This document shows, piece by piece, positions 25,346-35,580 of a stretch of 37,903 nt of DNA. The translations under genes and the position numbers were made by a program. Position 1 is the stretch's first letter; each line of letters starts with the position of its first letter. The notes under the pieces were generated by a model, which ran no database searches, was not told the origin of the DNA, and saw only the letters and a program-made list of their open reading frames with translations. Origin of the DNA: Armatimonadota bacterium (GTDB lineage Bacteria > Armatimonadota > Hebobacteria > CAIYQO01); the NCBI GenBank assembly GCA_044344305.1, contig JBIJDE010000003.1, forward strand, positions 1-37,903. The letters run 5' to 3'.

Positions 25346-27604
25346 CTATTTTATATCAATTATCTGATATACAACTGTTCCCGCTGTTGTCATGTTAAAC
25401 TTTATTTCCTGCGTATCTTTCGCTACTTCATTGCCGGTAATCAGGTTTATTACTTTCGCGCGTCGCGGCAAGTGGATGATTTTATCACCCGGCACCACGC
25501 TGTGCAGGGCTACTATTTGCTGGCTGGCGACAATTACGTCATCGCTATCGCACCATACGTGTGCTTTCGCTAATTTAGCCGCGTTTCGCCAGAATCCTGC
25601 CGGCAACGGTAATGATGCGGCAAACACACTGGCCCAACCTTCTTGCTCCTTAACCGATAACGCGCTGCAATTTTGCGATTGCTGTGTAAATGCTGATGCC
25701 AGAGTTGTGCCGTCGGATGGATATAATTGCGGGCCATAACCCAATCCATCGCCTATTGCCTGTCCGGCGATACCATTTGTTAACGCGTGACCGCCTAAAA
25801 GCAAACCTCGACGCTGATAATTTCCCTTTATTACATCAAAATTAAAACCGGTCAAACGCGTTGCGTTTGCAGCATCAATTTTATTACCATCGCTGATGCC
25901 GGAGCCAGGCCCCCACACTATTACATTTCCATCTCGCTGTATACGTTTTAACAGTTCAAGCCGACGTGCATCGCTACGGAAAATATTCGGGAAATACCAT
26001 ACCTTGTGTGGTGGTAAATTAGCCAGCGAAAGGTCTTCCAGTAAATATATCCGGTATGGTACACCACAACGTGCTATCCCCAACCGCAACTGTTCGGACA
26101 CCGCCAGGAATGGGTAGCGTCCGGCACCATTGGTATCCAGCATGGCAGCGTCATCAATTACAATGGCTATGCCCGGTTCGTCTTTATGTGGCCAGTTAAC
26201 GGCTTCATTAAGCACCTTTACCTGGCGTGAAATTACCGGTTGCATTGCCGGGTCGCTGAACCAATTCGCGTATAAATCCATCCAGTATGGCCACCAACCG
26301 CGGGATAAAGCAGTGGCAATATTGCGCCAGGTTATCGCTTCAAATTCCGCCAGGTTGCGCGCCGGTGCAGATTCCCGGTTTTTAAAATTACCGGCATAAG
26401 TGCGGGTATCCATTTCACATAAAAACAGTTTCCCGCGCAAAGTGCATGAATCCGCCGCGCCTTCCGGCTCAAAGATTCCACCCATCCCGCGCGATTGGTA
26501 ATCATGTGGAGTTATCAACCCGTCTATACCCGGGGCGTCAAAAAGTTCTGCAACCGCAGATGACCCGCATCCCCCCATTAACTCCAACCCGAAAGGCTGC
26601 ATAGGTTGTCGGGTATCAAAAAAGTCGGAAATATTCCACCCTTGCATCGTTTGTTTAAACATATCATGCAAAATAGGCACGCGGCCATTGCAACCATCTT
26701 TCATCGCCGCGGCAACCTGGCGGACACGCTGATGAAAAAGCCCGCGCAGACAAAGCATCCAATCGCTCTGTTGTGCGTTATCTTTGCCGGCCTGCCAGAA
26801 TGGGATCATCGCCGCATCGCGAACATTGCCGCGCAGTTTATCTGCCGGTGGTATGGCAGCGTCGATTGTAATTTTATCATCACCCCAGGCTGCCTGCAAT
26901 TTTGTATCATCGCCATAAGTTTTCTTCAAATATTCGCGCCATGCGGTCACCATCACCGGACTGCGGTCGCTGAGCCACCCCATAATTGTTGATTCATGGG
27001 TACCCTCACATCGCCAAAAATCAGCATAAGCAACTATCTTATCGCGGTAAGGTTGTTTTTCATACCAACGAATCAAAGCGCCGGCAGCACTGGCAGAATT
27101 CTCCCAGAACTTGGCGGATGCCAGTGAAGGAACATTCAGCCTTTCACCCGTTTCAGTCAGCACTAAATCATCAGGGTTAGCCTTTTTCCAGGCATCAGAC
27201 TCGTCCAATCCAAAACGCACTATTAATGAAGATTCCGGTGCAAGATTCATCGTATGCAGTGCTCCGCCATCAAAAACATCATATTTACTGGAATTCGGCG
27301 TCTTATATATCGGATTTTCCGCAATAGTATTATCAGGATTCCAGAAAAACAGTGTTCCTTGCATCACCGGCGGTCCGGTAAAAATGAACCCCGGTTTATA
27401 TTGCGAAAAGTTGCTGACATGCTTTTCAACCCACGGTTTCTCCCAGAATATCGGGCTGTAACCGGACATTGGCAACGATTTTCCATCGACAGACAAGACC
27501 GGCCGACCATTATTTAAAGATACTTTTGTCTCAACGGCATTGGGTATTAAAACCGCAAATATCAATAAGACAACAATCCATAATTTTATAATTAACTGTG
27601 GCAT
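25346..27604 (-). CDS. Secreted putative glycoside hydrolase (GH42/beta-galactosidase-like barrel plus trimerisation-like domain)
   Basis: Signal peptide; PSLAS, WREYLKKTYG...LQAAWG, PxDYxxR, E-x-D-x-RT and GVPYRIYLLEDL features seen in GH42-like proteins. Family assignment tentative. Confidence 0.68.
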   Translation of the reverse strand: MPQLIIKLWIVVLLIFAVLIPNAVETKVSLNNGRPVLSVDGKSLPMSGYSPIFWEKPWVEKHVSNFSQYKPGFIFTGPPVMQGTLFFWNPDNTIAENPIYKTPNSSKYDVFDGGALHTMNLAPESSLIVRFGLDESDAWKKANPDDLVLTETGERLNVPSLASAKFWENSASAAGALIRWYEKQPYRDKIVAYADFWRCEGTHESTIMGWLSDRSPVMVTAWREYLKKTYGDDTKLQAAWGDDKITIDAAIPPADKLRGNVRDAAMIPFWQAGKDNAQQSDWMLCLRGLFHQRVRQVAAAMKDGCNGRVPILHDMFKQTMQGWNISDFFDTRQPMQPFGLELMGGCGSSAVAELFDAPGIDGLITPHDYQSRGMGGIFEPEGAADSCTLRGKLFLCEMDTRTYAGNFKNRESAPARNLAEFEAITWRNIATALSRGWWPYWMDLYANWFSDPAMQPVISRQVKVLNEAVNWPHKDEPGIAIVIDDAAMLDTNGAGRYPFLAVSEQLRLGIARCGVPYRIYLLEDLSLANLPPHKVWYFPNIFRSDARRLELLKRIQRDGNVIVWGPGSGISDGNKIDAANATRLTGFNFDVIKGNYQRRGLLLGGHALTNGIAGQAIGDGLGYGPQLYPSDGTTLASAFTQQSQNCSALSVKEQEGWASVFAASLPLPAGFWRNAAKLAKAHVWCDSDDVIVASQQIVALHSVVPGDKIIHLPRRAKVINLITGNEVAKDTQEIKFNMTTAGTVVYQIIDIK

Positions 27605-27609
27605 TTTAC

Positions 27610-30048
27610 TTATTCCTTTTTATCATCGATTTTCCCGGCTGTGAAGGTCATGCCTTCGCCGACCTTTACATAAACCGTAACGCGGTGCAGGCGTAAATCA
27701 GTAGAACCTGCCGGTGCAGGCTGCCAACGGGTAGGCAGAATAGTTCGGGCATCTTTTAACATTTCACGCAAAAATTCGGGTGACATTTTGCCGATTGCTG
27801 GCAAGTTCTTACCATTTTTACGGCATGCAAACATAGCAACTTCAGCAGATTTTGCCTGGTTGTCAAAATAAGGTTCACTATCACCGAAACTGGTTCCCAT
27901 CACCATGGCTTTCATCCCCTCGCCTGTTCCTGCCATCCGTAACTGTGGGTTCATCGCATTTAGTCCGGCACCAATCAGAGTAAACCGTCCGGTGAATCCG
28001 TCCAGGTCGATGCTAAACAGGTCCCTTCGCGCATCTTTGCCGGGAAGCGTCGCAATATGACCATTAAAAAATGTCAGGTTACCACGATCAGTAAGGTGAA
28101 TATAGCGTGGTTCTGAATCTTTCTTACTAACTGCCGTCTCATACCAGGTATCCCAAACCACCAGATTACCGCCATTTTTTACTACATGTGTCTGCATATT
28201 ATTAGAACCGGCACTGCCAAAAAAACCAACCCAGGCAGAACTATTTCCACCCTTGCCGCCAATGACAGTCAATCCTGCACCATCTGATGTGCCGCCACTG
28301 CCAGAACCCTGTGTCTCAACCCTGGTACGGGTCAAACCATCAAACAGCATGCCTGATCGTATACAGTTATTTGCACACACCTGATCGAACAAGATTTGTC
28401 CATCCTGCTGGTCAATATTTTCAGCCACAATGCCTTTGCCAAGAATCTGCCCCTTCGAGTTCCAAATGCCGGCAATGCGAAAATCACGCAATGTCGCCCG
28501 GGACGGACCGACGATTTTCAACATTGTGCCTTCATTCTCACCTTCCCATATCAAATTTGTTTCCTGCCCATCACCAATAAGTTGAAGATCAGCGCCAGCA
28601 GGAATAGTTAAAGTCGTGCTAACAGGAAAACGACCGGCCGACAGATGAATAATAGGCTTTTTGCCGATAAGTTTTGCTGCCTCATTAATGGCATTTTGTA
28701 TATCATTGCCTTTTGTGCCGGCTTTTATCTCAAACACCTGCCGTTCAATGCGAGGCGCAGTCGGCTGCAGATAAACTTCAACCTGTTTATATTGTGAATA
28801 TTTCAGAGTCTTATTATCCTGTTCGGTTAGTTCTCCCTTAACATCGAAACGCGAGGATCCATAAAAACTGTTGCCAATACTGATACACTGAGCGCCATCA
28901 GTCGGTGGATTGACTTGAACTACCGGTGAATCACCTGCTGGCTTCACAACAAAAGTATTATCTATCAACGTTAATGGTCCCTGTTGATTAACGAATACCG
29001 GCGTGGGGTCGGTTGGGTTTATAATAGTATTGCCTTGCAGCGCATGTTGCGAACCATAGGTATCTGCGTCGGTCCAGGCACCCCATGCTTTTACAGTTGG
29101 GTGGGTTAAACCTGGAGTATTAAAACCTTCTGGTCGAATAGTTTCCAGAAAACGCCTTGACCCTATAGAAGTATTTAAACGAATACCAAAATAGCTGCAG
29201 TGTCCAGTGCGGATATCAGCAACCTTTGAACCGCGAAAAATACAGCGATACAGATGAAAATGGCCGCCTCCATATTCACCCTTGGCGCAGTTGGTCGCGC
29301 CGACGCCGCAGTCGATGAACTCGCTGTCCCAGACCCACCAGTCGAGCGCGTTGAAGCTCTCGATGCTCAGGCCGGCCTCGGAGCAGCGGATGAACTTGCA
29401 GCGTTTTACCAGTGTCTCAGCATCCATACCATGGTTGTAATATTGAAGTTTGCCTTCCTTGTTAATAACCGGAACCACTTTACCGCCAATAATTCCACGG
29501 GCAACATCTTTAAAGACTTCATCCGCATGTTCCATATAGGTTACTGCCGGACCTGTTTTTGCCTCTGGATCCCACTGATGTGCCACAGCAGCGCGTGCTT
29601 TCCCCTGGCCATCCCAGGTGATGCGTCCGAACTTGGAATAGCTGACACCGTGACAGGTTAACATAACCTCGCCAACAGGACCATCATACATGATTGTTGT
29701 TTTTGCAGGGTCTTCACCAAGCAATGCAACACCAAGACGATTTTCCCATACTAACGGAGAAGTAATGCGGTAAGTACCTGCCGGAAGGTAAAGCACATAC
29801 GGAGCGCCCGGCTTGCCTTTGCCATGCTCGGCCAAGGACTCGAGGCCCGCCTTGAACGCGGCGGTGTCGTCAGCCTTGCCGTCGCCAACCGCTTTGAAAT
29901 CAGTTTTCAGATTCTTCCAACTCGCGAAAGGGCCGTTGAATTCTTCGGACGGCACTAATGCACTATTCTTAGCAGCGAAACCAGCAATGCTAAAAATTGC
30001 CAGCAGCGATAATAAAATCGCAATAAATCTAAACTTCATCTTAACCAC
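27610..30048 (-). CDS. Secreted pectate_lyase_3 / GH55-like protein with two beta-helix modules
   Basis: Signal peptide; FKAVGDGKADDTAAF...LYLPAGTYRIT, and a second leader DIQNAIN...IHLSAGRF...LIGDG. Start may be ATG 30039. Confidence 0.82.
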   Translation of the reverse strand: MVKMKFRFIAILLSLLAIFSIAGFAAKNSALVPSEEFNGPFASWKNLKTDFKAVGDGKADDTAAFKAGLESLAEHGKGKPGAPYVLYLPAGTYRITSPLVWENRLGVALLGEDPAKTTIMYDGPVGEVMLTCHGVSYSKFGRITWDGQGKARAAVAHQWDPEAKTGPAVTYMEHADEVFKDVARGIIGGKVVPVINKEGKLQYYNHGMDAETLVKRCKFIRCSEAGLSIESFNALDWWVWDSEFIDCGVGATNCAKGEYGGGHFHLYRCIFRGSKVADIRTGHCSYFGIRLNTSIGSRRFLETIRPEGFNTPGLTHPTVKAWGAWTDADTYGSQHALQGNTIINPTDPTPVFVNQQGPLTLIDNTFVVKPAGDSPVVQVNPPTDGAQCISIGNSFYGSSRFDVKGELTEQDNKTLKYSQYKQVEVYLQPTAPRIERQVFEIKAGTKGNDIQNAINEAAKLIGKKPIIHLSAGRFPVSTTLTIPAGADLQLIGDGQETNLIWEGENEGTMLKIVGPSRATLRDFRIAGIWNSKGQILGKGIVAENIDQQDGQILFDQVCANNCIRSGMLFDGLTRTRVETQGSGSGGTSDGAGLTVIGGKGGNSSAWVGFFGSAGSNNMQTHVVKNGGNLVVWDTWYETAVSKKDSEPRYIHLTDRGNLTFFNGHIATLPGKDARRDLFSIDLDGFTGRFTLIGAGLNAMNPQLRMAGTGEGMKAMVMGTSFGDSEPYFDNQAKSAEVAMFACRKNGKNLPAIGKMSPEFLREMLKDARTILPTRWQPAPAGSTDLRLHRVTVYVKVGEGMTFTAGKIDDKKE

Positions 30049-31510
30049 CTTTTTTTATTTTTATGCAAAATGGAGAGGCAGGCAACCCATTTTTATTTAT
30101 CAGGTTTCGGGTTAGACTATCCTTCCATCCATAACGAACTACAACCGGTTGTGCCACTTTAACATTTGAAACCAGTATCTTTTCACCATCTATCCGTGCA
30201 GTAGCAGGTATAAAAACACCATCTGCACCGGCAATTTCAAAACTCTTTAATTCGCCGCTATCTGAAGATGCTAATCCCATGCCAACGTGTGAAAAAGTTA
30301 AGCAAATGTTGCCATTTTCTATTGTTGCTATTTCCGGTAATGGACCGGAATATTCAATCTTTTCACCATACGCCAATGCCCGTGCTGCCAATGCAAGTCG
30401 TTCACCCACCGGCTTTTTATTAAGTGGATGCAGTCCGGAGTCAGTATCTGTACAAACCGCCATGGCAGTATTGGGTAATATTAATGCTTGTCGTTGCGCC
30501 TCGCGCAATCCTGAATAATTTTCACCACCTATGGGTGCCAACTGAACATACAAAAACGGAAAATCACCAATACCCCATTGCCGGCGCCAAGCGCGAATTA
30601 ACGTCATAAAATGGTCAGCATAATTTACCGGTTTCGCGGCATTAGCCTCACCTTGATACCAGATAACACCTTTCATCGCATATGGAACTAAAGGGGCAAG
30701 CATACCATTATAAAGAACTGTCGGTGTGCTGCGATGATTAATTGGATTAACAGTAAGTGGATTGTTTTTAAGGTTTTTCAGATATTCATCCCATGCTGTA
30801 TCCCATTCAGTCATTGCGCTTTTCATACTCGACTCGCTGCGGGCAGAATCGTTGCTTATCCATGCTTCAACACATGACCCGCCAAGAGTAACATTTAATA
30901 GTCCTATCGGAACTTTTAGTTTTTGATGAATAGCACGAGCAAAGAAAAAAGGAATAGCGGCAAACTTTGCGGATGTTTGCGGATTGCAAACTATCCAATT
31001 TCCTCCGCTATCTTTCTTCGGTTCAAACACCATGGTTTTATCATCAAAAGGCACCGTAAGCATGCGAATCTGCGGATAATCAGAATCAGCAATCTCTTTT
31101 TCAAAATCAGTAACTCCACCGGCAATCCAACTCCTTTCCGATTTGCCAAGCAGCATCTGCATATTTGATTGACCTGAACACAGCCATACTTCGCCAAAAT
31201 AGACATCCTGCAGATTAATTGAAGTTTTACCCGTTATTGTAATATTAAATGGCCCGCCTGCCGCATGTTTATTTAATCGAATCAGCCATTTTCCATTTTT
31301 ATCCGCAATGGTTCTCTTCTTTTCACGTTCCAATGCAACTGTAATTTTATCACCCGGCTCTGCCCATCCCCAAATCGGTACTTTAACATTTCGCTGTAAT
31401 ACCATATGATCTGAAAATACCGAAGGGATAGCCAATTCTGCTCCAATTACCTGGTAGATGCCGGTAAAAACCAGAATTATATTGATATATATAAATATCA
31501 GCCTTTTCAT
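30041..31510 (-). CDS. Sialate O-acetylesterase (SASA) family protein
   Basis: FSDHMVLQR, GEVWLCSGQSNM, WYQGEAN, LHPLNK and GLPASPF motifs; signal peptide. Confidence 0.93.
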   Translation of the reverse strand: MKRLIFIYINIILVFTGIYQVIGAELAIPSVFSDHMVLQRNVKVPIWGWAEPGDKITVALEREKKRTIADKNGKWLIRLNKHAAGGPFNITITGKTSINLQDVYFGEVWLCSGQSNMQMLLGKSERSWIAGGVTDFEKEIADSDYPQIRMLTVPFDDKTMVFEPKKDSGGNWIVCNPQTSAKFAAIPFFFARAIHQKLKVPIGLLNVTLGGSCVEAWISNDSARSESSMKSAMTEWDTAWDEYLKNLKNNPLTVNPINHRSTPTVLYNGMLAPLVPYAMKGVIWYQGEANAAKPVNYADHFMTLIRAWRRQWGIGDFPFLYVQLAPIGGENYSGLREAQRQALILPNTAMAVCTDTDSGLHPLNKKPVGERLALAARALAYGEKIEYSGPLPEIATIENGNICLTFSHVGMGLASSDSGELKSFEIAGADGVFIPATARIDGEKILVSNVKVAQPVVVRYGWKDSLTRNLINKNGLPASPFCIKIKKGG

Positions 31511-31535
31511 ATTTTCCTTATTTAATATTACTATT

Positions 31536-31553
31536 CAGGACTTTAGCTTAATA
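31536..31553. repeat. Solo degenerate end of the CAGGACTTTC element
   Basis: CAGGACTTTAGCTTAATA versus CAGGACTTTCTCTTAATA at 6789-6806 (16/18). Confidence 0.45.
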
Positions 31554-31673
31554 AACCACTTCCCGTAAATCGAGCCGGACTTGCGTCCCTTTCCATACGG
31601 TGACAGATTATTAATAACATATTCTACAAATATTGGTCTTCATATTTTGTATTAATTTTTATAATTGATACAA

Positions 31674-31835
31674 AATAATTCCATAGCCCACGGCAACGCC
31701 GTGGGTGGTTTTATAACATATATATTAACGCTCTGTAGGAGCATAATTCCTTTTGTCCGAGGAATTATGCCCCTACAGGGCGTAATTTCATTCTGCTCCC
31801 AGTCCCACAGCGATGCTGTGGGCTATGGAATTATT
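31674..31835. repeat. Composite REP/REPIN-like palindrome
   Basis: Outer arms AATAATTCCATAGCCCACGGCAACGCCGTGGG / CCCACAGCGATGCTGTGGGCTATGGAATTATT, each with its own hairpin. Central 23-bp imperfect stem at 31728-31783. Confidence 0.8.
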
Positions 31836-31957
31836 ATGTAAAAATATTCATATTTCTACACATTTTCGATTTATATAAAATAGACTTGTCCAATTTATTT
31901 GGGTTAGGATATACTTATATTTTTAAGCTTATAACCAGACAAGTCAATTAAACCTGG

Positions 31958-34900
31958 CTATTTCAATCTTGCTGTCAATTCTTCTTCTTTCAAAAATGTG
32001 CCTGTCAACGATACTAACCAACCATCAACGCCGTTCTGTTTCCACGGTTTCAGCGAACTTGTCACATCCTTCGCGTTCAGAGATACCTGTGGTTTCCCCT
32101 TTACGCCGGAAATAAACAATGCTGTCGCCGGGATTTTATCATCTTGCGGTCGATATACTCCGGTGAAAGGATAATATTTAATATCAATTATTTTCGAGTC
32201 TTTCACCAGCCAACTACCCATCGAACAGGCGCCATCTGCAACAATTTTTACTCCACCGGGTTCGGTAAAACTATAATCTATATAGTTTGGTAATGGATTT
32301 GTTGCGATAAATAGATTCTTTTTCGGGAAAGCATGCAGAAACATGTTCAGTTCTGGATGACGGGTTCCGCGTTCAATAACCGCACCGTTTTTCTCCATTT
32401 TTTTCCTGCCCATCTGTGATACCGGAGTATCCTGCCAGAGTGAACTTGCTTTCATTGTCGCATATGGATCTGTGCCATTAACGGTGAATCCATCCCATTT
32501 TGCGGATAAATTATCTTTACCGGTTGTATATGCGACACCTTCTTTGTTGCTATCAAGTTTTGCACTGCGAATGTGCGCCTGGAACTTTTCAAATGAACCA
32601 TACTCGTTGATATCACCCATTTCAACTACAAATCCTGTTTGCGCGCTATCAAGTTTTTTCAATGTATCTGCGCTGATAGCAACATCTTTTTTATACAGGT
32701 AGGCATTTATCAGCAATGCCGGTTGAATATTTGTATTTTCATGATATGCCTGGTTTTGCGGTTTTCCAGCTTCCAATCCTATCTCAATATCTCTGCCTAA
32801 ATCGTCAGTCAATAATGGTCGAATAGCAATATAACTGACACCGTCCTGAATTGTAATTATCTGCCCATAAGTCGCGGTGGCGGGTAACGCATCTATCTTT
32901 TTATCGTCAACAAAAATTGACCATGTCGCTGCCGGTTTTTCGTAATTAAACAACGCGGCTGTGCATTGCACGCTTTTAATTTCCTGTGCAGGTAGTGATT
33001 TTTGACCGAATTGATGTGCCGCACCTTGCTGGGCAATGACACCGGACTGCGGTCTGGCAAGCATAATCAGTTTGTTACCATGCTGGTAAGTGCGGTATTT
33101 CCCCTGTTCAGTAATAACGCCGGCACCATCGTCGCCTATCTGTGTCTGATTAAAACCTACCCGCATATCCAATGTTCCTATATCACGCATGCTCTCAGGT
33201 CGTTCTGCCTTGCGGCGCCAATGTCCAAGCACATGTATGCGCTGTGGAGAGAAACGAATGCTGGACAGGCCATAATTCACGCCGAAATATGTGCATACAC
33301 AATCACCGTCTGATACAACTTTTTTATCAACCATTGATGACCATGGCAACGGTTTTTCATCCAGCATCTCCACAAACCATGGTTCCGACCATGGGCCGGA
33401 CATACTTTGCAATGCGACAGCGGCTGCCGGGTAATCATGCCCCCATGTTGTGGTTCCAAGTTCCGGCAGGTTATGAGTACCCATATCACTTAGTGCGCCT
33501 TTTGGAGATAACACGTGAAGAATGTGATACAAACCATCCTGCTGACCGAGTACATGTTCATAATATGTCCTGCTGGCTGGACCCATTAGTTTTTTCAAAT
33601 TAGGATGATATCCGCCAGCAAGATCATTAACGGTCTTGAATAATATGCTTTGTCCAGCCATTTTATCTTCAGGTTTCTCACAGAAATCGGGGAACAATTT
33701 ATTTCCAGAGGTTGCAATAGCCCAATAGTAATGGTCAATATATTCCTGACCAACTCCGGAGTTATATGTCCACATCCAGAATGGGAATTGCATCAATCCC
33801 GCCCGACCATCCGCCATGGCATTTTCCGAACCGATAATCTGTCCATTCAACAATGAACCTGCTGATGCACTGGAATTAAAGTTGGCGGTACTCATCTCAC
33901 GGGTAAAACCGGAACGGTAATAACTCTTGTTACCACGCCAATCACCAGTTAATTTATAGTAAGTATCACCCTGGTTCCATTCCGCCTGTTTTCCGACTTT
34001 TGACTTTCCTACTCTCGGGTCATCTACCATCTGGTGTAATAACTTTCCAGAAATATCATCATACGTGCGGCGAAGTGTCGGGTCCAGTTGAGTTTCTTTA
34101 TCCGGCATCAACCAGGCATTCCAACTGCGCAGTATAGATTCCTGTACCGGACCAGGCATAGCCTCGCGATAACTATACCATTGAGTTGCATTATCCGAAC
34201 CGGTCAAGTGACCTTCCCAGAAACGTGGCGGTCGACCATTTACCCAATCCAGCCATGATAAATATACCGCATAATCCGCGTCAAACTTTTCATTATTCTT
34301 CTTTGCTTCACGAGTGCCGACCTCAATAGCACGATTTATAACATGCTGTGGTACTGCGCGATAATAAAATGGCTGTATCTTTCCTGCACTTTCCAGACCC
34401 ATCAAATCCTGAACGTGTTTGTATTGCCATTCCGGCATCCATGTCGGCTTTGCCATAATCTTTTCATTTAATTTTACAACTTCATCTGCAGTTGGAACCA
34501 CCGCTGACGGTTTTCCGGTTGGCTTTTCTTTATTTTTCTCTACAATTGATGCAATATCTATGGCATCCGTCAGGATAACCTTTTCGGCTTTTCCTGGTTT
34601 AAAAGTGATAACAAGATTTGGTTTTTTAATTAAAATAGCCCGGGGACCGGTACTTATAGCCCATTCGTAGGCACCTTGAAAATAACGCGCATCATATACT
34701 TCCTGTTTACTGATAATAAATCCACTGTCAGAAAGTTTACGCAATCGTTCTACCAATGTTTTGCCATAGACGATATCAGTCAATAAACTGGTTATATCCA
34801 TCCTGCCTTCCGGCTTGTATGATGAAACTTCTGCCGGGCCAAATTGCGCAGGAAAACGATCTTCCGTGGTATCAGATGCACCAAACTTCTTCCAATATAC

Positions 34901-35461
34901 AGCATTCTTAATTGCAGCATTATATGTTGGTCCGTTTGCAGCATCTGCCTGCCATGGTTTGCGCAAGGCGAATGCTATGGCATGCCAGTTGGGTCGCTGT
35001 TCACGATAAAGCCGGTCGCAATCCCAATTTGGTCGATATCGATACCCATCAGCACTCGGATAATCAGGACCAGACCCCTGTGGCCATATTTCTTCATCAA
35101 GATAAGGTAACACTAACTCAACCTTGTCAATTACATTACCTTCAGCCAGAGCATCTGCAATCTTCTTAGCGGCATCAGGGAAACGAACCAGCAAATTGCG
35201 ATGCACGGCATCAAACGCAAGCGGTCCGGCTTTCACGCCATTCCATACCGCTGTCTGACCGCGATCCTTCACTACGCTGTCTTTAAGCAATCGTTCGCCA
35301 TTCTCAGCTACAGGAATTGCCATATCCCAATGCGCGCGAAAACCACTCATACCCGCCACCTGCGGTGTATCAATTGTTATTACCACCGGTTCAGCAGCAA
35401 AAACCGAAACACAAAAGGTCGCAATCAGCGATAGTACAACCACAAGAAAAGATGCTTTCAT
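31958..35461 (-). CDS. Large secreted uncharacterised protein (~1167 aa), possibly a carbohydrate-binding N-domain plus lyase-like core
   Basis: AAGGAG RBS before ATG 35461; signal peptide MKASFLVVVLSLIATFCVSVFAA. Central motif order (TANF...GQ, QEYIDHYY, GPASRTY) parallels 1717..3606. Confidence 0.72.
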   Translation of the reverse strand: MKASFLVVVLSLIATFCVSVFAAEPVVITIDTPQVAGMSGFRAHWDMAIPVAENGERLLKDSVVKDRGQTAVWNGVKAGPLAFDAVHRNLLVRFPDAAKKIADALAEGNVIDKVELVLPYLDEEIWPQGSGPDYPSADGYRYRPNWDCDRLYREQRPNWHAIAFALRKPWQADAANGPTYNAAIKNAVYWKKFGASDTTEDRFPAQFGPAEVSSYKPEGRMDITSLLTDIVYGKTLVERLRKLSDSGFIISKQEVYDARYFQGAYEWAISTGPRAILIKKPNLVITFKPGKAEKVILTDAIDIASIVEKNKEKPTGKPSAVVPTADEVVKLNEKIMAKPTWMPEWQYKHVQDLMGLESAGKIQPFYYRAVPQHVINRAIEVGTREAKKNNEKFDADYAVYLSWLDWVNGRPPRFWEGHLTGSDNATQWYSYREAMPGPVQESILRSWNAWLMPDKETQLDPTLRRTYDDISGKLLHQMVDDPRVGKSKVGKQAEWNQGDTYYKLTGDWRGNKSYYRSGFTREMSTANFNSSASAGSLLNGQIIGSENAMADGRAGLMQFPFWMWTYNSGVGQEYIDHYYWAIATSGNKLFPDFCEKPEDKMAGQSILFKTVNDLAGGYHPNLKKLMGPASRTYYEHVLGQQDGLYHILHVLSPKGALSDMGTHNLPELGTTTWGHDYPAAAVALQSMSGPWSEPWFVEMLDEKPLPWSSMVDKKVVSDGDCVCTYFGVNYGLSSIRFSPQRIHVLGHWRRKAERPESMRDIGTLDMRVGFNQTQIGDDGAGVITEQGKYRTYQHGNKLIMLARPQSGVIAQQGAAHQFGQKSLPAQEIKSVQCTAALFNYEKPAATWSIFVDDKKIDALPATATYGQIITIQDGVSYIAIRPLLTDDLGRDIEIGLEAGKPQNQAYHENTNIQPALLINAYLYKKDVAISADTLKKLDSAQTGFVVEMGDINEYGSFEKFQAHIRSAKLDSNKEGVAYTTGKDNLSAKWDGFTVNGTDPYATMKASSLWQDTPVSQMGRKKMEKNGAVIERGTRHPELNMFLHAFPKKNLFIATNPLPNYIDYSFTEPGGVKIVADGACSMGSWLVKDSKIIDIKYYPFTGVYRPQDDKIPATALFISGVKGKPQVSLNAKDVTSSLKPWKQNGVDGWLVSLTGTFLKEEELTARLK

Positions 35462-35496
35462 TTTATTCTCCTTGATAAAATCAACCATTTATTATC

Positions 35497-35528
35497 TATG
35501 ACACTTATTAAATAGGAACGTTCCATAA
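35497..35528 (-). promoter_or_regulatory. Conserved bipartite upstream motif with a LacI-like palindrome, copy 2
   Basis: TATGACAC-N8-TAGGAACGTTCCATAA with a perfect GGAACGTTCC core. Minus-strand TATAAT boxes lie just upstream (~35530-35546). Confidence 0.72.
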
Positions 35529-35580
35529 TAATTATAACTTATTATAGTTTTTTTCGTCAATTTTGGATGAGGTTTTATTG

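Noticed and set aside
31881-31946. GACTTGTC / GACAAGTC inverted pair
   Set aside because: Only 8 bp, ~50 bp apart, with no other copies; may be chance.
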